Source: Candidatus Saccharimonadota bacterium (GTDB taxonomy: Bacteria; Patescibacteriota; Gracilibacteria; BD1-5; UBA6164). From it: 32,000 nucleotides of DNA. Each line of letters starts with the position of its first letter. Within the stretch, counting starts at the first letter, position 1. Shown here piece by piece: positions 20,259 through 30,550 of the stretch. The notes below the pieces were generated by a model. The model was not told the origin of the DNA, ran no database searches, and saw only the letters and a list, made by a program, of their open reading frames with translations. The DNA lies in contig OZ245768.1 in the NCBI GenBank assembly GCA_965227835.1, positions 270,001 to 302,000 on the forward strand, in the 5' to 3' direction. The translations under genes and the position numbers were made by a program.

Positions 20259-20918
20259 ATGTCCCACAAATACACAAAGCAGTCCCATGTGAATTGGGAC
20301 TGCATTTACCACATAGTGGTGGTACCAAAGTACCGAAAAAAAATACTTTTTCAATCAGTTAGAAAAGATATACGAGACACATTTCATGAACTTGCAAAGA
20401 GATATGATTTTGAGATATTAAAATGAAATATAACGATAGATCATGTTCATCTCGTTTTGAGGATATCTCCAAAATACTCTGTTGCAGAAATTCTGTGAAG
20501 ATTGAAATGAAAGAGTGCAATAATACTTCATAACAAACATAGTAAGAAGAAATGACTGTACTCGAAGAATTTCTGGAGTAGATGATACTATGTAAGTACC
20601 TCAAAACTACCCACTTTTTATAAAAAGTATACCTATATTTTACTTTAAATAAAGGGAAATTAAGCTATTTTTAGTGTTTTATCTTTAGTATTTTATAAAT
20701 GACTTATTTAAGCTAACTTTATCTTTATAAAATTCAATCAATATAAAATCTCTGTTTTTACTTATATAAAGGTAAAAAATAAAATATAAAATACAAAAAA
20801 CTGGGTAGATTTAAGAAGTACAGTTTGACTTGACTTGGATATGATAAAAAATTATGTTCAACATCAGCAACATAAGGATAAAACCATTGATGGAAATCAG
20901 TTAGATTTAAACTGGTAA
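20259..20918 (+). pseudogene. tnpA: IS200-type Y1 (HUH) transposase TnpA, interrupted by the MITE
   Basis: The N-terminal part is MSHKYTKQSHVNWDCIYHIVVVPKYRKKIL...ITIDHVHLVLRISPKYSVAEILGRLKGKSA...FWSRGYYVST. It carries the HUH motif as HVH and the catalytic-Tyr region as SRGYYVST. After the MITE and its target duplication the frame resumes as VGLDLDMIKNYVQHQQHKDKTIDGNQLDLNW, ending at TAA 20916-20918. The restored length is 145 aa. Confidence 0.88.
20600..20815. mobile_element. Second copy of the 216-bp MITE
   Basis: It is near-identical to 542-757, with a handful of substitutions. The 6-bp target duplication aagtac sits at 20594-20599 and 20816-20821. Removing the element and one duplicate restores the tnpA codons gta agt aca gtt (VSTV). 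Confidence 0.9.
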
Positions 20919-21108
20919 AAACTATTTTAGCCCCTTCTAGGGGCTTCCATTTAAAGCTACCAGTTCTACTGGTAGATATTTACTATTTGTGTCAAAATTT
21001 CTCTTCAAAAAAATAAAGCTTTGATATTTGAAAAATAATTTTTTCCCGAAGTAAGAAATGAAGTACAATTAATAGAGAAGAAAATATAGTATTCCCCGTA
21101 GGGTAATA

Positions 21109-22386
21109 TTATTTATTCCTTTCTTCTATTTTTTTAAGTAATTCAGGCATTTGTTTTTCAACATCGCTTACATCAACTTTATTTTCTTTAGCTTCTCTAA
21201 CACTATTTTCTAAAACATCATAAGAAGACTTACATAGTCTTTTTTTAGTATCAGCTAAACTTTCATCGACTTCATTGCGAAGAACTTTTTTAAGTAATTC
21301 AGGCATTTGTTTTTCAACATCGCTTACATCAACTTTATTTTCTTTAGCTTCTCTAACACTATTTTCTAAAACATCATAAGAAGACTTACATAGTCTTTTT
21401 TTAGTATCAGCTAAACTTTCATCGACTTCATTGCGAAGAACTTTTTTAAGTAATTCAGGCATTTGTTTTTCAACATCATCTACATTAACTCCACCTTCTT
21501 CTGCTTCTCTAATATTAATTACTAAGAAATCATAGAAAACTTTACTCAAACTTTTTTTAGTATCAGCCAAACTTTCATCAACTTCATTACGAAGAACTTT
21601 TTTCAATAATTCAGGCATTTTTTCTTTCACATCACCTACATTAACTCCACCTTTTTCAGCTTCTTTGATACTAATTAATAAATTATTATAAGAACTTTTA
21701 TTCAAATTCTCTTTTGCATCAGCCAAACTTTCATCAACTTCATTACGAAGAACTTTTTTCAATAATTCAGGCATTTTTTCTTTCACATCACCTACATTAA
21801 CTCCACCTTTTTCAGCTTCTTTGATACTAATTAATAAATTATTATAAGAACTTTTATTCAAATTCTCTTTTGCATCAGCTGAATTTTCATCAACTTCATT
21901 GCGAAGAACTTTTTTAAGTAATTCAGGCATTTGTTTTTCAACATCGCTTACATCAACTTCATTTTCTTTAGCTTCTCTAATATCATTCTTTAAAAAATTA
22001 TAAGAAATTTTACTCAAACTCTTTTCAGTTCTATCTAAACTTTCATCAACTTCATTGCGAAGAACTTTTTTAAGTAATTCAGGCATTTGTTTTTCAACAT
22101 CGCTTACATCAACTTCATTTTCTTTAGCTTCTCTAATATCATTCTTTAAAAAATTATAAGAAATTTTACTCAAACTCTTTTCAGTTCTATCTAAACTTTC
22201 ATCAACTTCATTGCGAAGAACTTTTTTAAGTAATTCAGGCATTTGTTTTTCAATGTGTTTTACATTCATCTTATTTTTTACAGCTGATTTAACATAATTA
22301 ACAAGCTCATCATAAGAATATTTATATAAATGTCTTTCAGTATAAGATAATCTATCTTCAATATTTCTAATAAAACTATCACCCAT
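21109..22386 (-). CDS. Tandem-repeat protein of unknown function: seven 52-aa charged helical repeats (425 aa)
   Basis: This is the only long ORF intact in the standard-code track. The repeat consensus is MPELLKKVLRNEVDESLxxTxKxLxKxSYxxLxxxIxEAxExxVxVxDVEKQ. There is no signal peptide or hydrophobic segment. I recognised no family. Confidence 0.85.
   Translation of the reverse strand: MGDSFIRNIEDRLSYTERHLYKYSYDELVNYVKSAVKNKMNVKHIEKQMPELLKKVLRNEVDESLDRTEKSLSKISYNFLKNDIREAKENEVDVSDVEKQMPELLKKVLRNEVDESLDRTEKSLSKISYNFLKNDIREAKENEVDVSDVEKQMPELLKKVLRNEVDENSADAKENLNKSSYNNLLISIKEAEKGGVNVGDVKEKMPELLKKVLRNEVDESLADAKENLNKSSYNNLLISIKEAEKGGVNVGDVKEKMPELLKKVLRNEVDESLADTKKSLSKVFYDFLVINIREAEEGGVNVDDVEKQMPELLKKVLRNEVDESLADTKKRLCKSSYDVLENSVREAKENKVDVSDVEKQMPELLKKVLRNEVDESLADTKKRLCKSSYDVLENSVREAKENKVDVSDVEKQMPELLKKIEERNK
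21130..22253 (-). repeat. 156-bp tandem repeat array, 7.2 units, inside the CDS
   Basis: The complement of the MPELL Met codon ends at 21150, 21306, 21462, 21618, 21774, 21930, 22086 and 22242. These positions are exactly 156 nt apart. By protein sequence the units fall into types ordered D-D-C-B'-B-A-A along the + strand. The two A units and the two D units are each identical to one another, and B and B' differ at two residues. Confidence 0.95.
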
Positions 22387-22470
22387 AATAAATTTAAATT
22401 AAAAATTAAATTAACAATGATATGTTATAATATATAATTATTTTTATCAAAGTTTCTCTTCAAAAAAATA

Positions 22471-23655
22471 TTATCTGTACCAGTAGATAGGTACCACTAT
22501 TTATTGATATGGAATTGTGTAAAAAAGAGGATGAGGATATAATAGATTTTGTAAAAAATTTTATTTTATAATCCCAAACCTCTTATGAAATGATTATATG
22601 AAAAAATGTGTACTAAGCAAGGAGTAGAATCAGCAAGAATCCTCGCGAGGTCGATACTTGAAGAAAACAAAGGAAACGTAAGTAAAACAGCTTATATATT
22701 ATGATGTTCTCGTAAAACAGTAAGAAGAAGTAGAGATGGTCCTATAGAAAATATATCAAGAGCTCCTAAGACTCCTCATAATAAAAAAACATCTTCTGAT
22801 TTAGAATGACTTGTATTACAAGAACGAAATAAAACAAAATATTGAAGAGTACGTCTAGCAAAGTATTTATTCCTCAGATATGGAATAACATTCTCTTCCT
22901 CTACTATATGAAATATACTAAAAAGAAACAAAGTAAAAAAGCATCATTATTCTCGTAGAAAATGAGATAGTAAACCTCTATACGATTATCAAAATATTCT
23001 TCCCTTTGAGTATGGTCAAGTAGATACAAAGCATATAGAAGATTTTGAAGCTTTATGAGAACTTTGTTTTATACTAAGAAAATATAATCTTCCTTTATAT
23101 CAATGGACATATATATGTGCTAAAACAAAATATAAATTTATAGCTTATTCTCATAGTCTTTCTTCTGAATTTGGTCTTATGTTTATACTTACTATAGCTA
23201 CATATCTTAGGAGTATGTGAATATATTATCATATGGAATTTCAATGAGATAATGGCCCTGCTGATTTTTGTGGATGAAGTAAGAGAAAGGAAAATCAGTG
23301 GAATGCTATATTAAATAATATAAATTGCTGTTTTAAGAGTATTCCTGCTTGAAAAAAATATCTTCAATGAATTGTAGAGAGATCTCATAGAACTGATGAT
23401 GAAGAATTATATAGACCTTATCTTGATCGCATGAAATCTCTTCCTAATTTTTTAAACCATAGTAGTAAATATATTTATACTTATAATAATTATAGACCTT
23501 CTTTTTGAATAGGTATGAACGGTTTAAGTCCTATTGAAAAACTTAGAAGTTGTAATATAATTCTTCCTACAAAATTTAATAATTTCCCTGTCCTTATCCT
23601 AGATAATCTTGCTAAAATTGGTGGTACCTATCTAAAGGACCATTACCTTTCTTGA
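22471..23655 (+). mobile_element. IS481-like insertion sequence, copy 2 (intact); the left boundary is approximate
   Basis: Positions 22560-23655 match copy 1. A 14-bp inverted repeat is present: tagataggtaccac at 22484-22497 and gtggtacctatcta at 23624-23637. The whole insertion is bracketed between 22470 and 23680, because the paralogous upstream region (21013-21022) has only aagctt there. Confidence 0.75.
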
Positions 23656-23676
23656 AACTTTTTCCAAAAAATCTAA
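22585..23676 (+). CDS. IS481-like DDE (rve integrase core) transposase (363 aa)
   Basis: The N-terminal HTH-like region is ARILARSILEENKGNVSKTAYILGCSRKTVRR. The DDE triad context is QVDTKHI, FQGDNGPADF and VERSHRTDDEELY. There are 15+ in-frame TGA codons. The ORF passes the TGA at the element terminus (23653-23655) and stops at TAA 23674-23676 in flanking DNA. Confidence 0.88.
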
Positions 23677-23746
23677 ATCTGATATTTGAAAAATCAATTT
23701 TCTTTATTAATATAAAATCCAGCAATAAATCTTAATTTTAAAAAAA

Positions 23747-25372
23747 TTGAAAACATCAGACTTATTTGTAAAAATCCTTGAAAAAAAAGGAGTAGAAACT
23801 ATTTATTGAGTGCCTTGAGAGGAAAATCTAGATTTGCTTGATTCTATATGAAAATCCAAAATAGAACTAATACTAACTAGAAACGAGCAAACAGCAGTTT
23901 TTATGGCAGCCAACTATGGTAGATTTACTTGAAAACCATGAGTGGCTCTAGCTACCCTATGACCATGAGCAACAAATATGATGACCTGAATAGCCTATGC
24001 TCAGCTTGGATGAATGCCTATAATTGCTATAACATGACAAAAACCCCAAAATAAATCAAAACAATGACAATTCCAAATAATAGACATAGTATCTATGATG
24101 AAACCTATAAGCAAATACTGTATTAGTATAGTTTCTTGAAATAGAGTACCATATATACTTGAAAATGCCTTTAAAATAGCAGAAGAAGAAAAACCTTGAG
24201 CCGTGGTTATAGAACTCCCAGAAGATATAGCATGAGAAGTTGTTAGTGAAAACTTTAGTATAATAGACCTAAAAACAGAAAAACAAAGACGACCAGTAAT
24301 AGATGATAAATGATTGAAAAACCTAATATCTGAATTAGAAAATGCTAAATCTCCTGTAATACTTATATGAGCATGAGCTAATAGAAAAAGAATCACTAAA
24401 TACCTAACAAAATTTATATACAAATACAATATACCTTTTTTTAGCTCACAAATGTGAAAGTGAGTAGTTGATGAAAGAAGTGAGCAATATATAGGAACGG
24501 CTGCTTTGACATCTTGAGATTATATACACAATTGTCTAAAAGAATCTGATCTTATAATATCTGTTTGATACGACGTAGTAGAAAAACCAACAGAAATACT
24601 TGGTATAAATGGGACAAAACTTATAAACATAAACTTTTTTTCCTCATACTATGATTATGTTTATAGTCCCTATTTAGATGTAGTATGAGATATAGCCAAT
24701 ATCTTTTGGTCTCTTTGTCAGCAAGAAATTGATTCATCTTGATGGGATTTTTCTAAAATATATGAAATTAACAAAAAAAATAAGGCACAAATAGAGGAAA
24801 ATATCAAACTTGAAGATAAGTTTTCTTATATGATGCCTAGAAGACTTTGTAAAGAATTGAGAAAATACCTGTGAGAAGATGATATACTTACACTTGATAA
24901 TTGACTTTACAAAGTATGGATAGCAAGAAACTATCCAGCCTATATGCCAAATACTTTGGTTTTAGATAATGCACTAGCAACTATGTGAGCCTGATATTCT
25001 TCAGCTATGGAAGCTAAAAGACTTAATCCAAATAAAAAAGTAGTGTGTGTTACCTGAGATTGATGACTTATAATGAATCTTTGAGATTTAGAAACAGCAG
25101 TTAGATTAAATCTAGATTTGGTAATAATAGTCCTAAACAATAATTCCTACTGAATGATAAAATGGAAACAAGAATGAGCTTGATTAAAAAAGTTTTGATT
25201 AGATTTTAAAAATCCAGATTTTGTAAAACTAGCTGAAAGTTTTGGAGCTAGATGAATAAGAATAGAAGATAAAAATGATTTCTGACCTGTATTAAAAGAT
25301 ATTTTAAGCAAAAAGGGCATCTCTATAATTGACTTGCGATTCTCATATCCTCAGGATACAGGAATCATTTAA
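23747..25372 (+). CDS. Thiamine-diphosphate enzyme, acetolactate synthase-like (541 aa)
   Basis: Motifs are [49 protein letters not shown], and the ThDP motif TGDGGLIMN...NNNSYGMI (TGDGG at 25052-25066, three Gly are TGA). The putative start is TTG at 23747, and no in-frame ATG lies between the upstream TAA and this point. The standard-code ORF 24001..24429 (-) is antisense to it. Confidence 0.88.
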
Positions 25373-26138
25373 TTAACTTTATTTCTTCTAATCAAGCTGT
25401 TTCCTCAATAGAGTTTATTGAAAAATTAGAAGAATTCTCTAACTGACCTCTTACATGTTTTATGATTTTTCCAATAGCTCTATATTCCATAATACTTACC
25501 TTTCAGCAAGATATTCATGTTAATTTTGACATTTTTCTATAACCAGCTTTTTCATTACCCTTTGTAAGTCTTGTTTTTAATACTATCTTTTCTTCTGGTT
25601 TTAGACTTTCAAAAGCACTATAAATTTTTCCAAAAAGTAAAATTAAATCAGAATATCTTTCAGGATTTTCTACAGAGTCTGCATTGTCTTCAAAATATTC
25701 CTCGTCACAAAGACCTTCATTTTCAATTATAGAATCAACATATGATATTGTATCTTCTACTTTCAATCAAATATTATATTGTGCTATAATATTTCTCATT
25801 CCTCATTCTATACACTCTCTAGCATATTTTGAAAATCTAGCCTGATTTTCTGCTTTAAAACTCTTAACAGCTTTTATAAGAAGCTCATTTCATGTTTGTA
25901 TCAAATCTTCTTTTTCTAAGTTATCTATTAAAGGTTTTTTTTTCAAACATTTTTCTACTATAGGTACAACCAAATGAAGATGTGCTTTTATTACTCTTTC
26001 CTTTGCTTTTTCATCTCATAATCTTACTTTTCTCCAAAGAGCTAATTCTTCTTTTTTACCTAAACTTTGTATATCTTGTATACTTTTTGCATAATCTTTC
26101 AATCCTTCTGGAAAACTTTCTAAGTTTACTTTATTCAT
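25323..26138 (-). CDS. RNA polymerase sigma factor, sigma-70 family (271 aa)
   Basis: The region 2-like part is EELALWRKVRLGDEKAKERVIKAHLHLVVPIVEKC ... ARFSKYARECIEGGMRNII. The region 4 HTH is YRKMSKLTGISCGKVSIMEYRAIGKIIKHV. Track ORF 25515..25766 is an in-frame fragment. The last 14 codons follow an in-frame TGA (25366-25368) and overlap the 3' end of the convergent ThDP enzyme gene. Confidence 0.8.
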
Positions 26139-26303
26139 ATTAAATAATAATTATTAAAATAAGTTTCTTGATAATAAATTTTTAATTTAAAAAGTCAAGT
26201 TTTTTTCGTAACTATTTTTGGAGTATTTTTACTATTCAAATATAATCAATCAAAAAGTTTTTAAAAATTCTTTAATATTTTTATACAATAAATAAACTAA
26301 ATT

Positions 26304-27674
26304 ATGACAACTTTAGAATCAACAAATCCATACAGTGAAGATAAAAATTGAAAAAAATTTTCTCTTTTAAACAGGGAAAATATAGATGTTATCATAAAAG
26401 ATTCACATAATGCTTTTTTGTCTTGGAAAGACACACCTGTAAGTGAAAAAAAATTATTATTTTTGTCTTTGGCTGATACCTTGGAAAATGATTTGGAGGA
26501 TTGTTCTAGGCTTCAAACTATAGAAATGTGAATGCTTTATAGTCAATCAAAAGCTTGAATGTTAGGTACGGTTAATCTTATAAGATGGTTTGCAAATAAT
26601 TTTGAGGAAATTCTAAAATCTAGAGAATTTGAAAGTGAATGAATAAAATGAAGAGAAATGTATGATCCTCTGGGAGTTATTTTTTGAATTGCCCCTCGGA
26701 ACTTCCCATTTAACCAGCTACTTAGAGCTGCTGTACCCAATATTTTAGCAGGTAATACTCAAATATATAAACATTCATCAAGTGTACCTATGTGTGCTCA
26801 AAAAATACAAGATTTATTTGATAAAGCATGATTTCCAAAGGGTGTTTACACAAATTTATTTGTTTCATCAAAGGATAGTGAGTATATAATTTCAAACAAA
26901 TTTGTTGCTTGAATAAACCTCACTGGATCAGAATGAGCTTGATCTTCTGTAGGTTCTCTTGCTTGAAAATACTTAAAACCCTCTGTACTAGAACTTGGAG
27001 GTAATGATGCTTTTTTAGTTTGTGATACTAATAACTTAGAAGATGTAGTTAATATGGCAACACAATGAAGAAATAGAAATGGATGACAGGCATGTAACTG
27101 TTCAAAAAGATTTATAGTCCCTGAAAAATATTATGATGAGTTTTGTGAAAAATATATTGAAGCTTTCAAAAAATTAAAACCTTGAAATCCTATGGATGAA
27201 GATACTACACTTCAGCCATTATCTAGTATTTCAGCTTTGGAAGAAGTTGAAGAGCAGATTCAAAAAGCTATTAAGTCTTGAGCAAAGCTTTTATATTGAT
27301 GAAAAAGACTTGATATAAAATGATATTTCATATCTCCAACTGTGCTTTGAGATGTTACTCCTAGTGTTTCAAGTTTTGACGAAGAAATATTTGCCCCTGT
27401 TGCTTCTATTATAAAATCAAGCAATTTAGAAGAATCAGTTTCTTTGGCAAATAATTCTCAATTTTGACTTTCAGCAGTTGTTGTTTGAGATGATTTGGAA
27501 CAATTAAAAAGTGTTTCTGAAAAAGTGGAATGATGAATGATTTTTATAAATCAAATAGCTTGATCAAAAGCTTCTTTACCTTTTGGTTGAGTTAAGAAAA
27601 GCTGATATGGTAAAGAAAATGGTCCTGAATGATTAAAGGCTTTTACAAATAAAAAAGTTATTTTGTATCCTTAG
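26304..27674 (+). CDS. NAD(P)-dependent aldehyde dehydrogenase family protein (succinate-semialdehyde dehydrogenase-like; 456 aa)
   Basis: ALDH motifs are GVIFGIAPRNFPFNQ, LTGSEGAG, the catalytic Glu in LELGGND, the catalytic Cys in GGQACNCSKRF, and EEIFAPV. The stop is TAG at 27672-27674. Confidence 0.9.
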
Positions 27675-27754
27675 CACAAAATAACTTTTTTATTTGTCTT
27701 CTTTAACTATTAGTTTAAAGATTTATTCAAAATCCTTTATGATAAAAATTCTGA

Positions 27755-27845
27755 AGCCTCATCCATTTCGGTAATACCTCACCCTAACCCAAACAAGCCC
27801 TCACCCTAACCCTCTCCTTAGAGGATAGGGGATAGAACAGTGTAT
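27755..27845. repeat. Second cluster of the GC-rich palindromic repeat family
   Basis: cctcatccatttcggtaatacctcaccctaacccaaacaagccctcaccctaaccctctccttagaggataggggatagaacagtg aligns with 8725-8825. The hairpin ccctctcc-ttaga-ggataggg lies at 27820-27840. Confidence 0.8.
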
Positions 27846-27877
27846 AAAACATAATTTTAACAAATTAGCTAAAATTA

Positions 27878-27901
27878 GACAAGGGGTCTTGACCCCTTGT
27901 C
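27878..27901. terminator. GC-rich hairpin in a convergent intergenic region (bidirectional terminator candidate)
   Basis: The hairpin is gacaaggggtc-tt-gaccccttgtc. T-rich sequence follows on the + strand, and taatttta follows on the - strand. Confidence 0.6.
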
Positions 27902-28013
27902 CTTGTTCCCTTTTTCTTGCTTTTTCCTCTTGACCTTTTACCTTTTTAAAGATATTCTAGAAAACTACTCCATAGTTACAAATTCTGCAGAATATTAATT
28001 TTTCAGTGTTTCC

Positions 28014-29324
28014 TTATATATCTTCTTTCTCAACAAAAACCTTCTTTATCTCCACATCACCCATTTTTGACTTAACTACATTCAAAACTCTAAATTCTAT
28101 ATTATTATGTTTCACATATTCCTTATTTGATATTTCAAATAAGATTTTTTCTCAAGAACTAGGAAACCTCTTCAATTTTTCAGTCAGCATATAACTAAGT
28201 GTTTCTCCTGAAAACTCTTTTTCAGATAATCACAAATCACTATAATCCATCTCAAGTTTATTCAAAACCTCCTCAAAAAGTACATCTGATTCTACTACCA
28301 AACTATCATTACCTATCTCTCTTATCTCATCAGTTTCTTTATCCGTTTCATCTCTTATCTCTCAAAAAATCTCCTCAATTACATCCTCAAGTGTCACAAG
28401 ACCTGCAACACCTCAATATTCATCCATAACTATAGCTAAATGTTTTCTTGATTTTTGGAAAACCTTAAGTAAAGAATCTATATCTTGATTTAAAGGAACC
28501 CTCAAAACCTCACTTAGATTCAAATCTTTCAATTTTTTATCTTCATCTTGATTTATCAAATCTCTAACGGTCATTATATTACTTATCTTATCTATAGTTT
28601 TAGTATATACAGGGATTCTAGAATGAGTATGATTTAAAAAATATTCAAAAGCTTTTTTCACCGTAGTTTCTCTTGATAAAGCCTCTATTTTTACCCTAGG
28701 AGTCATTATTTCTTCTACATCTGTATTTGAAAATTCAAGTATACTTTTTATCTTTTTATGTTCTTCGTCTTTCAAAGCCCCATCTTCTTTTCAAATATCC
28801 ATAAAACTTTCTATTTCTTCTTCTGTTATTTTTTTTGAATTACTATCTTTGGAAAAAATCTTTATAAGAATTTCTAGAAAACTTATAATAGGATAGATGA
28901 TAATCATTAGAACTTTGTATATAGGAGCAACTATTAGAGATATACTTGCTGAGTTTTTAGTTGCAATTGATTTTGGTATTATTTCACCAAAAAGCAGTAA
29001 TAAAAATGTTATTATTCAAGTTGAAAGTCATACAGCTGTACTTTGAGTAAGTCACATTCATCATGATAAAGCTATATTTATAGCTATACTTGTAGCAAAA
29101 GCTGCTGTGAAAGTATTTACTAAATTATTTCAAATGAGAATAGTTATAAGTAGCCTATCACTATTTTCTCTGATTTTTTTTAAAGATTTACTTCAAAGTT
29201 TTTTTTCCTTTAAAAGAGAATCAATTTTATGTTCTGGTAAACTCATCAAAGCTAATTCTGTTCAAGAAAAGAAAGCTGATAGAAAGAATAAAAAAACGAA
29301 GAGAATTATCTCAATGGGGCCCAT
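28014..29324 (-). CDS. DUF21-CBS-CorC_HlyC domain membrane protein (hemolysin/CNNM family; 436 aa)
   Basis: The N-terminal DUF21 part is LSAFFSGTELALMSL...LITILIGNNLVN..LLLLFGEIIPKS. The CBS pair region is track ORF 28413..28775, which is in frame. It continues across a TGA as [26 protein letters not shown], followed by a C-terminal CorC_HlyC-like domain. Confidence 0.9.
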
Positions 29325-29452
29325 AAAAGATTGGTTAGTTAAAATATATTTTTTCTCGGATTATAATTAAAAACCCATAATTTCAAATTTTATTGTAAAA
29401 TCTATTTTATTATTTATAATCTTTTTTATATATTTAAATCCATCTTTTTTAT

Positions 29453-30550
29453 ATGTTAAAGGAAAAAAGTATAGTTATATTACACGATACATTTTTATAC
29501 AAATGAGGGTGAGAAAAGCTAATGATAATGATGCAAAAAGTATTGAAATGTGATATAGCTACAGGTTTTGTAAGTAAGGGTAGTTTTGATTTGAAAAAAG
29601 AATGAGTATCAAAGAAAATAATAGAAATAAGTTCTGAAATATTTAAGTCTGGTTTTAGGCATATAAAACTAAAATGGGCTTTTTTATTTAAAACAAAATT
29701 TTTAAAAAACTATGATACAGTTATTTTCTCTTGAGACTGTCTAAGTGCTGTTAGAAATTGCAATAAAAACTCTAAAAAAATATATTATTGTCACACTCCT
29801 CCTAGATATTTATATGATTTAAAAAATCAGTATTTAAAGAAAGTTAAATGGTATATAAAACCTATATTTATATTAGTTTCATCAATATTTAGAAAAATAT
29901 ATGAGAATGATATAAAGAAAATGGATATTATAATAGTTAATTCAAAAAATACTGGAAAAAGGTTAAAAAGATTTTTGTGATATGATTCTCAAATAATTTA
30001 TCCTCCTGTGAAAATAGGGGAGTTTAAATATATAGGACAAAAAGATTATTATCTTTCTTTTGCTAGACTTTGTGATGCAAAAAGAGTTTGAAATATAGTT
30101 AAAGCTTTTAGAGAAATGCCTGAAAAAAAATTGGTAGTAATATACTGACAAAATGATCCCCAAAAAAATGAAATATTTAATCTTTGAAAATGATTTAGCA
30201 ATATAGAATTTAGAACTCTTGTAGAAAATGATAGATTTATAAATTATATATGAAATTGTATAGCTACTATATATATACCTGTTGATGAGGATTTTTGAAT
30301 GAGTCCAGTTGAATCTATGTCTGCTTGAAAACCTGTTTTAGGGGTAAATGACTGAGGATTAAAAGAATCAATCATACATAAAAAAACTTGATTTTTGATA
30401 GATAAGCAGTGAAAAATAGATGATATAATAGATGTGGTTCAAAATTTTTTAACACCAGATAAATGTTTGAAAATGAGAAAAGATTGTGAAGAGAGAGCAA
30501 AAGATTTTTCTTATGATAAATTTGAAAAACTCATAAATAAAATTATTTAA
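29453..30550 (+). CDS. Glycosyltransferase, GT4 (GT-B fold) family (365 aa)
   Basis: The C-terminal donor-binding motif is [34 protein letters not shown] (E-x7-E type). It spans 366 codons without TAA/TAG. Confidence 0.8.

Larger units (their letters stand above)
20145..20985 (+). mobile_element. IS200/IS605-family element (tnpA only) carrying a MITE insertion
   Basis: Subterminal hairpins are ccagctctgctgg and taccgttccggta on the left, and agcccct-tc-taggggct and ctaccag-ttcta-ctggtag on the right. I inferred the boundaries by aligning the two paralog upstream regions: 20092-20144 plus 20986-21013 is collinear with 22387-22470. No target duplication is present, as expected for this family. 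Confidence 0.8.

Noticed and set aside
21130-22253. The 156-bp tandem array considered as a non-coding satellite or CRISPR-like array
   Set aside because: The period is a multiple of three. One frame stays open through all units even under the standard code. Variation between unit types is concentrated in defined codons with conservative, charged-helix character. The array is continuous with unique N- and C-terminal coding sequence.
22476-22510. Similarity between ctgtaccagtagataggtaccactatttattg (left of IS481-like copy 2) and the IS200 right-end hairpin region ctaccagttctactggtagatatttactatttgtg (20959-20992), possibly a solo IS200 end
   Set aside because: The match is short and gapped. 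The first sequence also contains the 14-bp inverted repeat of the IS481-like element itself. I cannot distinguish chance similarity from a relic without more copies.
24001-24429. A 142-aa standard-code ORF on the minus strand, the second longest in the supplied track
   Set aside because: It lies antisense to the clearly homologous ThDP enzyme gene (23747..25372, + strand, code 25). Its sequence is low-complexity and hydrophobic with no motif. It is open only because the sense strand is codon-biased. The same applies to 9151..9378, 16491..16697, 17292..17477, 28006..28429, 29107..29370 and 29963..30163.
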